Assembly (NCBI GenBank): GCA_964573185.1
Contig: CAZNIQ010000021.1
Coordinates: 1 to 12,766, forward strand
Direction of reading: 5' to 3'
DNA length: 12,766 nucleotides
From: Candidatus Woesearchaeota archaeon
GTDB taxonomy: Archaea > Nanobdellota > Nanobdellia > Nanobdellales > CAZNIQ01
In this document: positions 1 through 7,591 of the stretch, in pieces
Layout: each line of letters begins with the position of its first letter
How positions within the stretch are numbered: the first letter of the stretch is position 1
Notes under the pieces: model-generated
The model's database searches: none
Told to the model about the DNA's origin: nothing
What the model saw: only the letters and a program-made list of their open reading frames with translations
Translations under genes and position numbers: made by a program

Positions 1-2
1 TT

Positions 3-164
3 GGAACAGAATTAAAGCCAGAGGACCATTTAGTTTCATTATATTTTATTGTAAAACTTAAAAAGGGTGATTTTAAAAAAGTAGATTATGAAGAAATTTA
101 TAAGGAATTGGTTGAGAAAGGAATAATTACTCCTGATATAGGAGATGAAATATATAAGCATTGA
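3..164 (+). CDS. 3' end of an upstream CDS (53 codons plus stop). Function is not assignable. By position it could be an archaellum accessory gene preceding flaH.
   Basis: Frame 3 is open from the window edge: GTELKPEDHLVSLYFIVKLKKGDFKKVDYEEIYKELVEKGIITPDIGDEIYKH, with stop TGA at 162-164. It overlaps the flaH ATG (145) by 20 nt. It is absent from the ORF track because its start lies outside the window. I recognise no motif. Confidence 0.4.
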   Translation, partial: GTELKPEDHLVSLYFIVKLKKGDFKKVDYEEIYKELVEKGIITPDIGDEIYKH

Positions 165-834
165 AATAGACAGGGACGATCTGAATCAAAAATTAGGAGG
201 AGGGATACCTAGAGGTAGTTTAATGATTATTGAAGGTCCAGATGGAACAGGAAAATCAGTTTTATCTCAAAGAATAACGTATGGCGCTTTAGCTAATGGT
301 TCTTCTGTAACCTATATTTCTACAGAGCTTTCTACGTGGGATTTCTTAAAACAGATGAATTCATTAAACTATATAATTGATAATTATTTATTTAATGGTA
401 AATTATTGTTTTTAACATTAGTTCCTTTGTATGCCGATATTGAAGAAGGAGAAAATCTTATATTTAAATTAGAAGAATCGCCCCAACTTTTTGAAAGGGA
501 TATTCTTATAATAGATTCATTATCTTATCCTTTAGTATCGGAATTGTCATATAAAGAAGTTAAAGAGCTAGTTATGTTTTTAAATAAGGTAAAAGACGAT
601 AAAATAATTATTCTAACATATGATCCTGAATCGATTGATCAGAAATTGGTAAAAGAACTAAGGAGAATTGCAGATATATATTTTAAGTTAAAAATAGGTT
701 CCATTGCTGGTCAAAGAGTGAGATTTATCGAGATAGAAAGATTTAGAAACGCCCTAGATACCTACACACCAGTTATACCCTTCAGAGTTGAGCCTAAATT
801 AGGATTCGTTATAGAAATAGTATCAGTAGTATGA
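145..834 (+). CDS. flaH: Archaellum accessory ATPase FlaH/ArlH (KaiC/RecA-like, single domain)
   Basis: 229 aa. The N-terminus LGGGIPRGSLMIIEGPDGTGKSVLSQRITYG is the typical FlaH/KaiC-like opening with Walker A GPDGTGKS. A Walker-B-like hydrophobic strand ends in Asp (ILIIDSLS). Its stop overlaps the flaI ATG (ATGA at 831-834), which implies co-translation with the FlaI homologue. Confidence 0.85.
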   Translation: MKYISIEIDRDDLNQKLGGGIPRGSLMIIEGPDGTGKSVLSQRITYGALANGSSVTYISTELSTWDFLKQMNSLNYIIDNYLFNGKLLFLTLVPLYADIEEGENLIFKLEESPQLFERDILIIDSLSYPLVSELSYKEVKELVMFLNKVKDDKIIILTYDPESIDQKLVKELRRIADIYFKLKIGSIAGQRVRFIEIERFRNALDTYTPVIPFRVEPKLGFVIEIVSVV

Positions 835-3800
835 GGTTAAATCCTAAAAAAGCAAAAGTATTTATTGAAGAGAAAACAACAGATTTTCAAGAAGCTTTAA
901 GAAGATATCCGCATTTAAGAGAATACGTTCAGAAGGTTTCAGCAGAGTTAGGGATGCCAGATTGGAAAGTAGAATTAACAAGGGATCTTAGAGAAATAAA
1001 ATATCCAAATATAATTTATCCAGTAGGTGACCCAATTTTTATACATATTTATAGGAAACCGGGTGAGCCTGTGAAGTACTATGCCATAGAACCTCAATTG
1101 AATGCAAAAGAAAAAGAATTATTTAACAAAATAATGGATAAAATAACGCAAGCGGCAGTAAATCTACCTGTACCAAAATCAAAAGAAGATTTATACAATA
1201 ATCTTATAACATTATTTGAGAAATTCGTAGTTCCAAAAGATAAAGCTTCTGTAATAGATAGGCTAACAAAGATTGTAGTTCCAAGGGAAACTTATGACAA
1301 ACTTAGGTATTATTTAATTAGAGAGAGAATTGGATATGGAAAGCTAGAACCCTTGTTAAGAGATCCTTACCTTGAAGATATTCATGTTTTAGGTATAGGT
1401 CCTATCTGGGTTACACATAAGATTTGGGGTACTATGCAAACAAATTTGGCCTTCTGGGATGAAAAAGAGCTGAATAAATATATTATAAAAATGTCTGAAT
1501 TAGTAGAGCGTCCAGTCTCAGACGCAAGACCTATTGTTGACGCTATAATGCCTGATGGTTCTAGAGTTAATTTTATTTACGGTAAAGACATTTCTTTAAA
1601 AGGTTCTTCATTTACAATAAGAAAATTTACTAAAAAGCCTATATCAATAACTCAGTTAATTGCTTGGAATACCATGTCTGCAGAGGAAGCTGCTTATTTA
1701 TGGTTAGCAATAGAACACGGAATGAATATATTTGTAATCGGTGAAACAGCATCTGGAAAATCCGTTGCAGGGTATGAAAAAACTTTAGTGATATTTGATG
1801 ATAGAGTTGAATTGTTAAGTTTTGACGAACTATGGAAAAAATGGAATAAAAAAGAAATTAAGATAGGGAATTTTGTAGGAAAGAGGACCTGTTTCAAAAT
1901 ATATTCAATTGATGGCATAGATAAACCTATCTTACTTTTAAAACACGATTCCCCAGAGTATTTATATGTTATTGAAACTATAGGAGGAAGAAAGGTAACT
2001 GTAACCCCAGATCATTCCTTATTTGTATTAGATGGAGAAATAGGGGAAATAAAAGTTAAAAAACCAACAGAATTAAAGAAAAAAGATTATCTAATTTCCA
2101 TAAGAAGGTTAAAGCTTCCCGAGAAAAAGTTATCCAAAGAGGAAATAATAAAAATAATCGGAAATTCAAGATATAGGGATAAAATAAAAATTGAAAATGA
2201 TTATTTAGTATGTGGAAGTGGAAAAGTAAAGATAGATTATATAAACTCTGAAAAATTTGCATTTTTGTTTGGTATATTCATAGCTGAAGGAACATTTGAT
2301 CATAAAGGTGTTAAAATATTTAATAAAGATGAAAAAGTAATTAAAACTATAGAATCTTTTGCAAAAGATTTAGGTTTCCATGTAAAAATAGTTAAACCAA
2401 AGAATAGAGTTCCATATGTATTTCTTGGAAAACTTGCTGAATATTTATTCAAAATTTTTGGTTATGAAAAGAAAAGAATTCCATGGATCTTCTGGACAAT
2501 GCCAAAAGAATGGAAAAAAGCATTCTTAAGAGGTTTATTTACAGGAGATGGTGCTGTTACTGATAGAGGCGTTGAGATAGTAACTAGAGATAAAGATTTA
2601 GCAGATGATTTGATTTATGCTTTATCAACTTTCGGAATTTTTGCTTCTAAATATGAAAAGAAAATTAATGGAAAAACTTATTATAGAATTGAGATATCAC
2701 GATACTGGTTAGAAGAATTCTTAGAAATAGGTTTCCTTCAAGAGGAAAAAAATGAAAGAATAAGAAAATTAATAGAAAAGCAAGATTATTTTAGATCGGA
2801 GCACGATATTATTCCAAATGTTTTACTGAAAAAATACTGGAAAGAAATTGAAAAGTATTCAAAATTATCCGGAGATATATTTAGAAAAATTGGAATTTAC
2901 AATGGGAGAAATATAAGTAGAAAGCCACTAAGAAAATTATTAGAAAAAGTGGATCCTGAAAAGAAATTATTGAAGAACTTATGGTCATTAGTTGAATCTA
3001 ACTTACTATTTTTAAAAATAAGAAAAATAGAAAAAATAAAAAGTGATTCTAAGTATGTTTATGATTTTGAAGTTCCAGGATCACAAAGCTTCTTAGCAGG
3101 AGATTTAATTATAGTTCATAATACAACAACATTGAATGCACTAACTGTTTTCATTAGACCAGATTGGAAAGTTTATTCTGTTGAGGACACTCCTGAGGTA
3201 AATATTCCGCATCCAGTATGGCAAAGAACTGTTACCAGAGAAGCTGGAAAGCAAACAGATGTTGAGATGTATGATTTGTTAAAAGCTGCCTTAAGATCTA
3301 GACCTAATTATATAATAGTTGGGGAAATACGTGGTAAAGAAGCTTATGTAGCGTTTCAAGCGATGCAGTGTGTAAAAGATGCTCAAGTAGTTTTAGGAGA
3401 TGATGTTAAAAGTATAAAAGAGATATTTGAAGAATATAAAAAGAAATATAGAAGTAAGAGTATTGATGGAAAAGAAATAGTTGAAATAAAGGAAAATTTG
3501 GAGATTCCCGCTTTTGATCCAAATATAGGATTAACTAAAGCAAGGGTTAAGGCTATTTTGAAGATGCCTAAAAGCAGGTTAATTAAAGTTGTTTTAGAAG
3601 ATGGAAACGTATTTGAAGTAACCCCAAATCACAAATTTATAACTCGTTATGGCGAAATCGAAGCTAGAAATCTAAAAGAGGGATTAAAAATAATAACATT
3701 TAATGATAAATTATCAAAAATAAAGGAGGTAGAAATTGTTGAAATAAAAAAAGTAAATAAAGATAATACATATGATTTGTTATTAGAAGGGGCCAAATAT

Positions 3801-4316
3801 TATATAGGCTTTACAGATGGTAATCCTATTCCCTTAGAAGATACGGGACACCCTGTGCTAAGCACTATGCACGCAGGATCAGTCAGGCAGTTAATTGAAA
3901 GACTTACGGGACCCCCGATGAATGTTCCAATAACTTTTATAGATAACTTAAATATAGTTGTTTTGCAAGGAACAGTTTTCATCAAAGGAAACATGGAAAG
4001 AAGAGTGTTATCTATAACAGAAATAGAGAGATATATACCTGAAATAAATAGAATAGCTACAAGAGAAGTTTTTGTCTGGGATAAATTAAAGGATAAACAT
4101 GTTTTTAGAGGAAAATACAATTCTTATATTTTAGAATATAAAATAGCTCCAATGATGAGATTAAAGGATAGGAGAAAAATATATGAAATATTGGAGTTAA
4201 GGAAAAGGATTTTGGAAAGAATGGTAGAGGAAAAGATATTTGATTTCTTCGAAGTATGGAATGTTATAAGAAGATTCTATGAATATGGAATAGAAGGCTT
4301 GCCTTTCAGCTTATAA
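831..4316 (+). CDS. flaI: Archaellum motor ATPase FlaI/ArlI (type II/IV secretion NTPase superfamily), precursor containing two inteins. The predicted spliced product is 549 aa.
   Basis: The 1161-aa ORF has exteins at 831-1760 (310 aa), 3123-3368 (82 aa) and 3843-4313 (157 aa). Joining them restores Walker A GETASGK/TTTLNAL, the Asp-box/Walker B PNYIIVGEIRGKEAYVAFQAMQ, and the His-box /TGHPVLSTMHAGS. It lies immediately downstream of flaH and overlaps it. Confidence 0.9.
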   Translation: MRLNPKKAKVFIEEKTTDFQEALRRYPHLREYVQKVSAELGMPDWKVELTRDLREIKYPNIIYPVGDPIFIHIYRKPGEPVKYYAIEPQLNAKEKELFNKIMDKITQAAVNLPVPKSKEDLYNNLITLFEKFVVPKDKASVIDRLTKIVVPRETYDKLRYYLIRERIGYGKLEPLLRDPYLEDIHVLGIGPIWVTHKIWGTMQTNLAFWDEKELNKYIIKMSELVERPVSDARPIVDAIMPDGSRVNFIYGKDISLKGSSFTIRKFTKKPISITQLIAWNTMSAEEAAYLWLAIEHGMNIFVIGETASGKSVAGYEKTLVIFDDRVELLSFDELWKKWNKKEIKIGNFVGKRTCFKIYSIDGIDKPILLLKHDSPEYLYVIETIGGRKVTVTPDHSLFVLDGEIGEIKVKKPTELKKKDYLISIRRLKLPEKKLSKEEIIKIIGNSRYRDKIKIENDYLVCGSGKVKIDYINSEKFAFLFGIFIAEGTFDHKGVKIFNKDEKVIKTIESFAKDLGFHVKIVKPKNRVPYVFLGKLAEYLFKIFGYEKKRIPWIFWTMPKEWKKAFLRGLFTGDGAVTDRGVEIVTRDKDLADDLIYALSTFGIFASKYEKKINGKTYYRIEISRYWLEEFLEIGFLQEEKNERIRKLIEKQDYFRSEHDIIPNVLLKKYWKEIEKYSKLSGDIFRKIGIYNGRNISRKPLRKLLEKVDPEKKLLKNLWSLVESNLLFLKIRKIEKIKSDSKYVYDFEVPGSQSFLAGDLIIVHNTTTLNALTVFIRPDWKVYSVEDTPEVNIPHPVWQRTVTREAGKQTDVEMYDLLKAALRSRPNYIIVGEIRGKEAYVAFQAMQCVKDAQVVLGDDVKSIKEIFEEYKKKYRSKSIDGKEIVEIKENLEIPAFDPNIGLTKARVKAILKMPKSRLIKVVLEDGNVFEVTPNHKFITRYGEIEARNLKEGLKIITFNDKLSKIKEVEIVEIKKVNKDNTYDLLLEGAKYYIGFTDGNPIPLEDTGHPVLSTMHAGSVRQLIERLTGPPMNVPITFIDNLNIVVLQGTVFIKGNMERRVLSITEIERYIPEINRIATREVFVWDKLKDKHVFRGKYNSYILEYKIAPMMRLKDRRKIYEILELRKRILERMVEEKIFDFFEVWNVIRRFYEYGIEGLPFSL
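1761..3122 (+). mobile_element. Intein 1: full-length intein (454 aa) with a LAGLIDADG homing endonuclease domain, inserted in the FlaI P-loop
   Basis: It starts with Ser (SVAGYEKTLVIFDD, block A-like). Block B is VTVTPDHSLF (TxxH). The two LAGLIDADG motifs are FAFLFGIFIAEGT (about 2262-2294) and AFLRGLFTGDGA (about 2520-2555). Blocks F/G are YVYDFEVPGSQSFLAGDLIIVHN, followed by Thr at +1. Removing it gives GETASGKTTTLNAL. Confidence 0.85.
3369..3842 (+). mobile_element. Intein 2: mini-intein (158 aa, no endonuclease domain) inserted just before the FlaI His-box, with an atypical C-terminus ...PLED
   Basis: It starts with Cys (CVKDAQVVLGDD, block A-like). Block B is VTPNHKF. The block F-like stretch is NTYDLLLEGAKYYIGF. 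The block G position reads TDGNPIPLED and is followed by Thr at +1. Removing it gives FQAMQ/TGHPVLSTMHA, the usual FlaI/GspE-family His-box context. Confidence 0.7.
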
Positions 4317-5010
4317 GCTTTAGATATAATTCTTGAAAATCTAGTTTTAATCCTAATTTGTTAAAAAATCTTACAATATTTTGTAAATCCTTTTTTAAAT
4401 ATTCTAACGCGTTATGTGCGTGTATTGGTAAAGCTTGAGAAACATCTATTATTACAGGTCTTTCTTTAAAATTTAATATATTGAATTCTGATAAATCTCC
4501 ATGAACTAATTCTGCTTTTTTAATCATTTTTTCTATATTTTTCCAAAGTTTATCCCAAAATTTTTTAGGATCTTCCGGATATTTATCTTTTAATAAAGGA
4601 GCTGGAACTCCTTTTTCTCCAATAAATTCCATCACTAGGACATTTCTGTAAAAAGCTATTGGCATAGGAACTCTAACTCCAGCTTGGTACATTTTATTCA
4701 AATTTCTGAATTCTTTCTTAACCCATTCCAAAACTATTGCAACTCTCGATTTCTGAACGCCATGAAATCTTGGATCTTCAATTAATTTTTCATACATCCT
4801 CTTGTAGTCTTTAACCATTACTTTGTATATTTTTACTGCAACATATTCTCCTGTTTTGTCTATTCCTAAAAAAACTGAAGCTTCTTTTCCTATTGAAATT
4901 GGAGATAAAATATCTTTGAGATAACCAGAATTAACTAATTTATCTATTGCTCTAATAGTGCTTAAATCAAAAACGTCCTGATAAACTTTCCATAATTCTC
5001 TATACCTCAC
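4306..5010 (-). CDS. rio1: RIO-type serine protein kinase, Rio1 class (no N-terminal wHTH of Rio2)
   Basis: 234 aa. The flexible/ATP loop is SPISIGKEASVF, followed by VAVKIYK (Lys), the catalytic loop LVHGDLSEFNIL and the metal-binding IDVSQA. The start codon is GTG at 5010-5008, overlapping the aCPSF1 TGA stop (GTGA). The 3' end overlaps the flaI 3' end by 11 nt. Confidence 0.85.
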   Translation of the reverse strand: MRYRELWKVYQDVFDLSTIRAIDKLVNSGYLKDILSPISIGKEASVFLGIDKTGEYVAVKIYKVMVKDYKRMYEKLIEDPRFHGVQKSRVAIVLEWVKKEFRNLNKMYQAGVRVPMPIAFYRNVLVMEFIGEKGVPAPLLKDKYPEDPKKFWDKLWKNIEKMIKKAELVHGDLSEFNILNFKERPVIIDVSQALPIHAHNALEYLKKDLQNIVRFFNKLGLKLDFQELYLKLIS

Positions 5011-6890
5011 CTTAACCTAATAGCGTCAAGATTTTTCGGAACATAAACATTCACATTTATATTTTGCTTTTTATACAAAGATTTTATTCCAGATGCTAGT
5101 TCAAATGGTTTTGGGGGTTCTCCATGAACTATTACTACATTTTTTGGCTTTGGATTTAACTTTGATACAAACTTCAATAGTTCTTTCCTATCGGCATGTC
5201 CAGAAAAACCTTCAAACCTTTGAACTTTTAATCTAACTTTTACTAACTCCCCATTAATATTTACTTCCTTTGCACCATCTAAAATCAACCTTCCAAGAGT
5301 TCCTCTCGCTTGGTAAGATACAAAAGCTAATAAGTTCCTTGGATCCTCTGCTCCTAATCTAAAGTAATCTACAATTGGACCTCCATTCATCATACCTGAA
5401 GTTGCTATTATTATTGCAGGTTTGTTCTCATTCATTATATTTTCTCTATCTTTCGGAGAAGCCCTATATATGAATTCTGCTTCAAAGGGATTCTCTCCCC
5501 TTTCAATTTCTTCTTTTAACTCTTTGCTTAAAAATTCTGGATAAGCAGTATGAATCATAGTAGTTTCCCAAAGAACTCCTTCAAGATACACATCTACTGG
5601 GGGTAATATTCCTTGTTTTACAGCATCTATAATTAATAGTAAGATTTCTTGAGCTCTTCCGACAGCTAAAACAGGTATTAAAACTTTTCCCCCTTCAGAT
5701 AATGTTTCCTTTACTGCTTCCAAGAATTTCTTTTCAGTTTCTTCTCTAGAAGGGTGTATATCGTTTTTTCCACCATATGTGCTTTCCATAATCACTGTTT
5801 CTAACCTTGGAAATATTGTTTTTGGAGGATCTAATAACCTTGTTTTGGAAAACTTGAAATCACCTGTATACAAAATATTATGCAAGCCATTCCCTATATT
5901 CAGGTGTACCATTGCAGAACCTAAAATATGACCCGCATTATGAAATGTAATTTTTATATCTGGTGTAATATCAGTTACTTCTCCGTAATTTAAAGTTATA
6001 GTGTGTTTTAACATTTCACGAATTTCTGAAGAAGAATATAATGATTGCTTGTTTTGTTGCTCCGAAACTTTGATATAATCTAGGCATACCAAAGCAGCTA
6101 AATCTCTTGTTGGCTCTGTCATATAAACAGGGCCTTTCCAGCCTAATTTAAATAAAAAAGGTAGCAATCCAACGTGATCCAAATGTGCATGAGTTATTAT
6201 TACTGCATCTAATTTTTGTATATCGAATTCAGGAGCATCTAAATGTGGAAAAGCGTCTGGACCTGTGTTATTTACACCTATTCCAAAATCTAAAAGAACA
6301 TTTGATTCCGGGGTTTGCAAGAGAATAGCAGATCTCCCCACTTCTTGTCCAGCTCCCAAAATACTTATTCTAACCCACTTTCTTTTAGATTTCGTTCCCC
6401 AACCAGCAACAATTTTTTCTCCAACTTTATGTAACAATTTTTTTCTTTCTTCAGAGACAGAATATAAATAAGCTCTTATAGCATCTATAATCTTTGAACT
6501 CTGTATAGGAGCCCTCTTAACTTTCGGTATCAATAATGTTTCTTCTTTTATCTTTTCTAATATTTCATCTGTGATTTTCTCAGGTCTTAAACATTCTATT
6601 ATTACTATACTTCTAGCTCTCTCGATATAGATGTTTCTTAATTCCGCTTCCTTTGGAACTATTTTTTCAATCCTTTCTTTTATAACATCATCTTCTGGTA
6701 AAAGATTTGGATCTATTCTAATTTCAAATCTTTTTTTAAATTCCTTAGCTAATTTAGCACCAATTTCCTTTCCTTTAAGAAATAGTTCTTTATCTTTAAC
6801 ATAAATTACAATTAAAGGTCCTTCGAAAACTACTTCAGAGACTTTATCCTTCGGTAGTTTCTTAAGTATTTCTTCTTGTATTCGCAACAT
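5007..6890 (-). CDS. aCPSF1: aCPSF1 (FttA-type) RNA-processing/termination nuclease: N-terminal KH domains plus metallo-beta-lactamase and beta-CASP domains
   Basis: 627 aa. The roughly 170-aa KH-like N-terminus is followed by ISILGAGQEVGRSAILL, the MBL motif VIITHAHLDHVG (HxHxDH), ESTYGG, and C-terminal GFSGHAD and VHGE motifs typical of beta-CASP enzymes. It sits next to psmB, a gene pairing I recall from Methanocaldococcus and Methanothermobacter. Confidence 0.9.
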   Translation of the reverse strand: MLRIQEEILKKLPKDKVSEVVFEGPLIVIYVKDKELFLKGKEIGAKLAKEFKKRFEIRIDPNLLPEDDVIKERIEKIVPKEAELRNIYIERARSIVIIECLRPEKITDEILEKIKEETLLIPKVKRAPIQSSKIIDAIRAYLYSVSEERKKLLHKVGEKIVAGWGTKSKRKWVRISILGAGQEVGRSAILLQTPESNVLLDFGIGVNNTGPDAFPHLDAPEFDIQKLDAVIITHAHLDHVGLLPFLFKLGWKGPVYMTEPTRDLAALVCLDYIKVSEQQNKQSLYSSSEIREMLKHTITLNYGEVTDITPDIKITFHNAGHILGSAMVHLNIGNGLHNILYTGDFKFSKTRLLDPPKTIFPRLETVIMESTYGGKNDIHPSREETEKKFLEAVKETLSEGGKVLIPVLAVGRAQEILLLIIDAVKQGILPPVDVYLEGVLWETTMIHTAYPEFLSKELKEEIERGENPFEAEFIYRASPKDRENIMNENKPAIIIATSGMMNGGPIVDYFRLGAEDPRNLLAFVSYQARGTLGRLILDGAKEVNINGELVKVRLKVQRFEGFSGHADRKELLKFVSKLNPKPKNVVIVHGEPPKPFELASGIKSLYKKQNINVNVYVPKNLDAIRLR

Positions 6891-6904
6891 TTTAGAAAAC
6901 GTAA

Positions 6905-6930
6905 TTATTTAAATAAGTAAAATTTAAAAA
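6905..6930 (-). promoter_or_regulatory. Candidate TATA/BRE region for aCPSF1
   Basis: The 45-nt AT-only spacer between the psmB stop (6936) and the aCPSF1 ATG (6890) holds a palindromic TTATTTAAATAA (6905-6916) and TTTTTAAA on the minus strand (6923-6930). Either box could place a transcription start at or just upstream of the ATG. There is no experimental support. Confidence 0.3.
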
Positions 6931-6935
6931 ATTAA

Positions 6936-7562
6936 TTAAGTCTCGATGATTTCCTTTATTGGGATATACTCTCTTTCTACACCCTTATCTGAAATGCTCA
7001 CTATTTCTATTCCATCACCTGAACCAGCATCCCTTTTAATTGCGGCATAAACCGCTTTCTTAGCCAATTCTTTTGCCTCTTCTAGAGTAAGATTCTCTTT
7101 ATAATTAGCTTCTAGAACTCCTAATGCAAACATCATTCCAGAACCTTCAGCGTAATATTTTTTCTCTTCAATTACAGAACCTATTGGATCCAGAACATAT
7201 AAGTTCCAGCTACCATTATCTTTTCCGGCGACTATCAAAGCTACCATATATGATGTAAAGTAAAATCTTTTAGAATATAATATCGTAGCTAAAAGGTTTG
7301 CAGCTTCTTTTGCAGTAGGCTCCTTTCCACTTCTTAGTTGTTTTAATGTTAATTCGGCTTTTAATACTTTTGCTAAAACTTGTAGATCTGCAACAACACC
7401 AGCAGCAGCTAAAGCAATTTTATCTGTAATTTGATATATCTTTTGAGCGGATTTACTTGCTATTATGAAATATTCTGTTGCTCTCTTATCAGAAGCTAAG
7501 ACCACTCCATCTTTTGCAACAATACCAACAATGGTAGTACCAGTCTTAAAAACTTTCTCCAT
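6936..7562 (-). CDS. psmB: 20S proteasome beta subunit (Ntn hydrolase) with a short propeptide
   Basis: 208 aa. MEKVFKTG/TTIVGIVAKDGVVLASDKRAT carries the propeptide-Gly-Thr1 junction, with Asp17 and Lys33 equivalents (SDKR ... SAQKI). The later GSG motifs are typical of proteasome beta subunits. Confidence 0.9.
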   Translation of the reverse strand: MEKVFKTGTTIVGIVAKDGVVLASDKRATEYFIIASKSAQKIYQITDKIALAAAGVVADLQVLAKVLKAELTLKQLRSGKEPTAKEAANLLATILYSKRFYFTSYMVALIVAGKDNGSWNLYVLDPIGSVIEEKKYYAEGSGMMFALGVLEANYKENLTLEEAKELAKKAVYAAIKRDAGSGDGIEIVSISDKGVEREYIPIKEIIET

Positions 7563-7591
7563 TTATCTTTAGATATAAAAAAAGATAAAAA

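Noticed and set aside
1694-4120. Three minus-strand ORFs inside flaI (1694-1918, 2056-2262, 3800-4120)
   Set aside because: They are antisense to a strongly supported CDS. Their translations are low-complexity and hydrophobic (F/L/I/S-rich), as expected from the reverse complement of AT-rich Lys/Glu/Asn codons, and they carry no motifs.
4152-4174. Other UGAUGA hexamers as possible C boxes (for example ATGATGA at 4152-4158, plus minus-strand copies near 8534, 8265, 11766 and 12551)
   Set aside because: None has CTGA 12 nt downstream or a second C'/D pair, and all lie inside well-supported coding sequence.
831-4316. The 1161-aa ORF as a fusion of several genes, or a pseudogene with inserted foreign DNA
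   Set aside because: The reading frame is uninterrupted, and the insert boundaries coincide exactly with intein splice-junction residues (Ser...His-Asn/Thr and Cys.../Thr). The exteins rejoin into a colinear FlaI.
4308-4319. Palindrome AGCTTATAAGCT as a bidirectional terminator or restriction-type site
   Set aside because: It is too short and has no flanking stem extension or T-tracts. It is recorded only as part of the convergent overlap observation.
6265-6471. Plus-strand 68-aa ORF inside aCPSF1
   Set aside because: It is antisense to the metallo-beta-lactamase core of a well-supported gene. It has no motif and no start context.
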